Shown here one piece after another: positions 63,911-64,000 of a DNA stretch of 64,000 nucleotides. The number at the start of each line of letters is the position of its first letter. The stretch's first letter is position 1. The stretch lies in the NCBI RefSeq assembly GCF_009914755.1, contig NC_060926.1; one strand, 5' to 3'. Source of the stretch: the human T2T-CHM13v2.0 reference genome, Homo sapiens. The translations under genes and the position numbers were made by a program. The notes under the pieces were generated by a model. It was not told the origin of the DNA and made no database searches. It worked only from the letters and a program-made list of their open reading frames with translations.

Positions 63911-64000
63911 CTGAAAATGCAGGAGAGCTAAGCAGGGGAGATGTTAGGACCCCTCCTTACCAGCACTGGTGGATCCACCTGCCTGAAATCAGGTTGATAC

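Overview
Human (primate) genomic DNA with no recognisable host protein-coding gene, RNA gene or CRISPR array. About two thirds is interspersed repeat: a decayed ERV-L pol/dUTPase region with its MLT2 3' LTR (1-5002), long old L1M mosaics, about 11 Alus, MaLR/ERV solo LTRs, MER2 and MER97 DNA transposons, and microsatellites. The dominant feature is a full-length (~6.0 kb) minus-strand L1HS of the Ta-0 subset (11545-17620). It has a perfect 16-bp target-site duplication, an intact 5' UTR and an intact ORF0, but ORF1 and ORF2 are frameshifted, and it abuts the 5' junction of an L1PA2-like fragment. Other notable structures are two twin-primed (5'-inverted) L1s, a template-switch hairpin inside one of them, and a short 3' transduction. 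More speculatively, a chain of minus-strand exon-like segments splices into one open frame of 62-66 aa beginning MGSTWS. I found no clearly novel biological system. Repeat subfamily names come from remembered consensus features and need RepeatMasker/Dfam confirmation.
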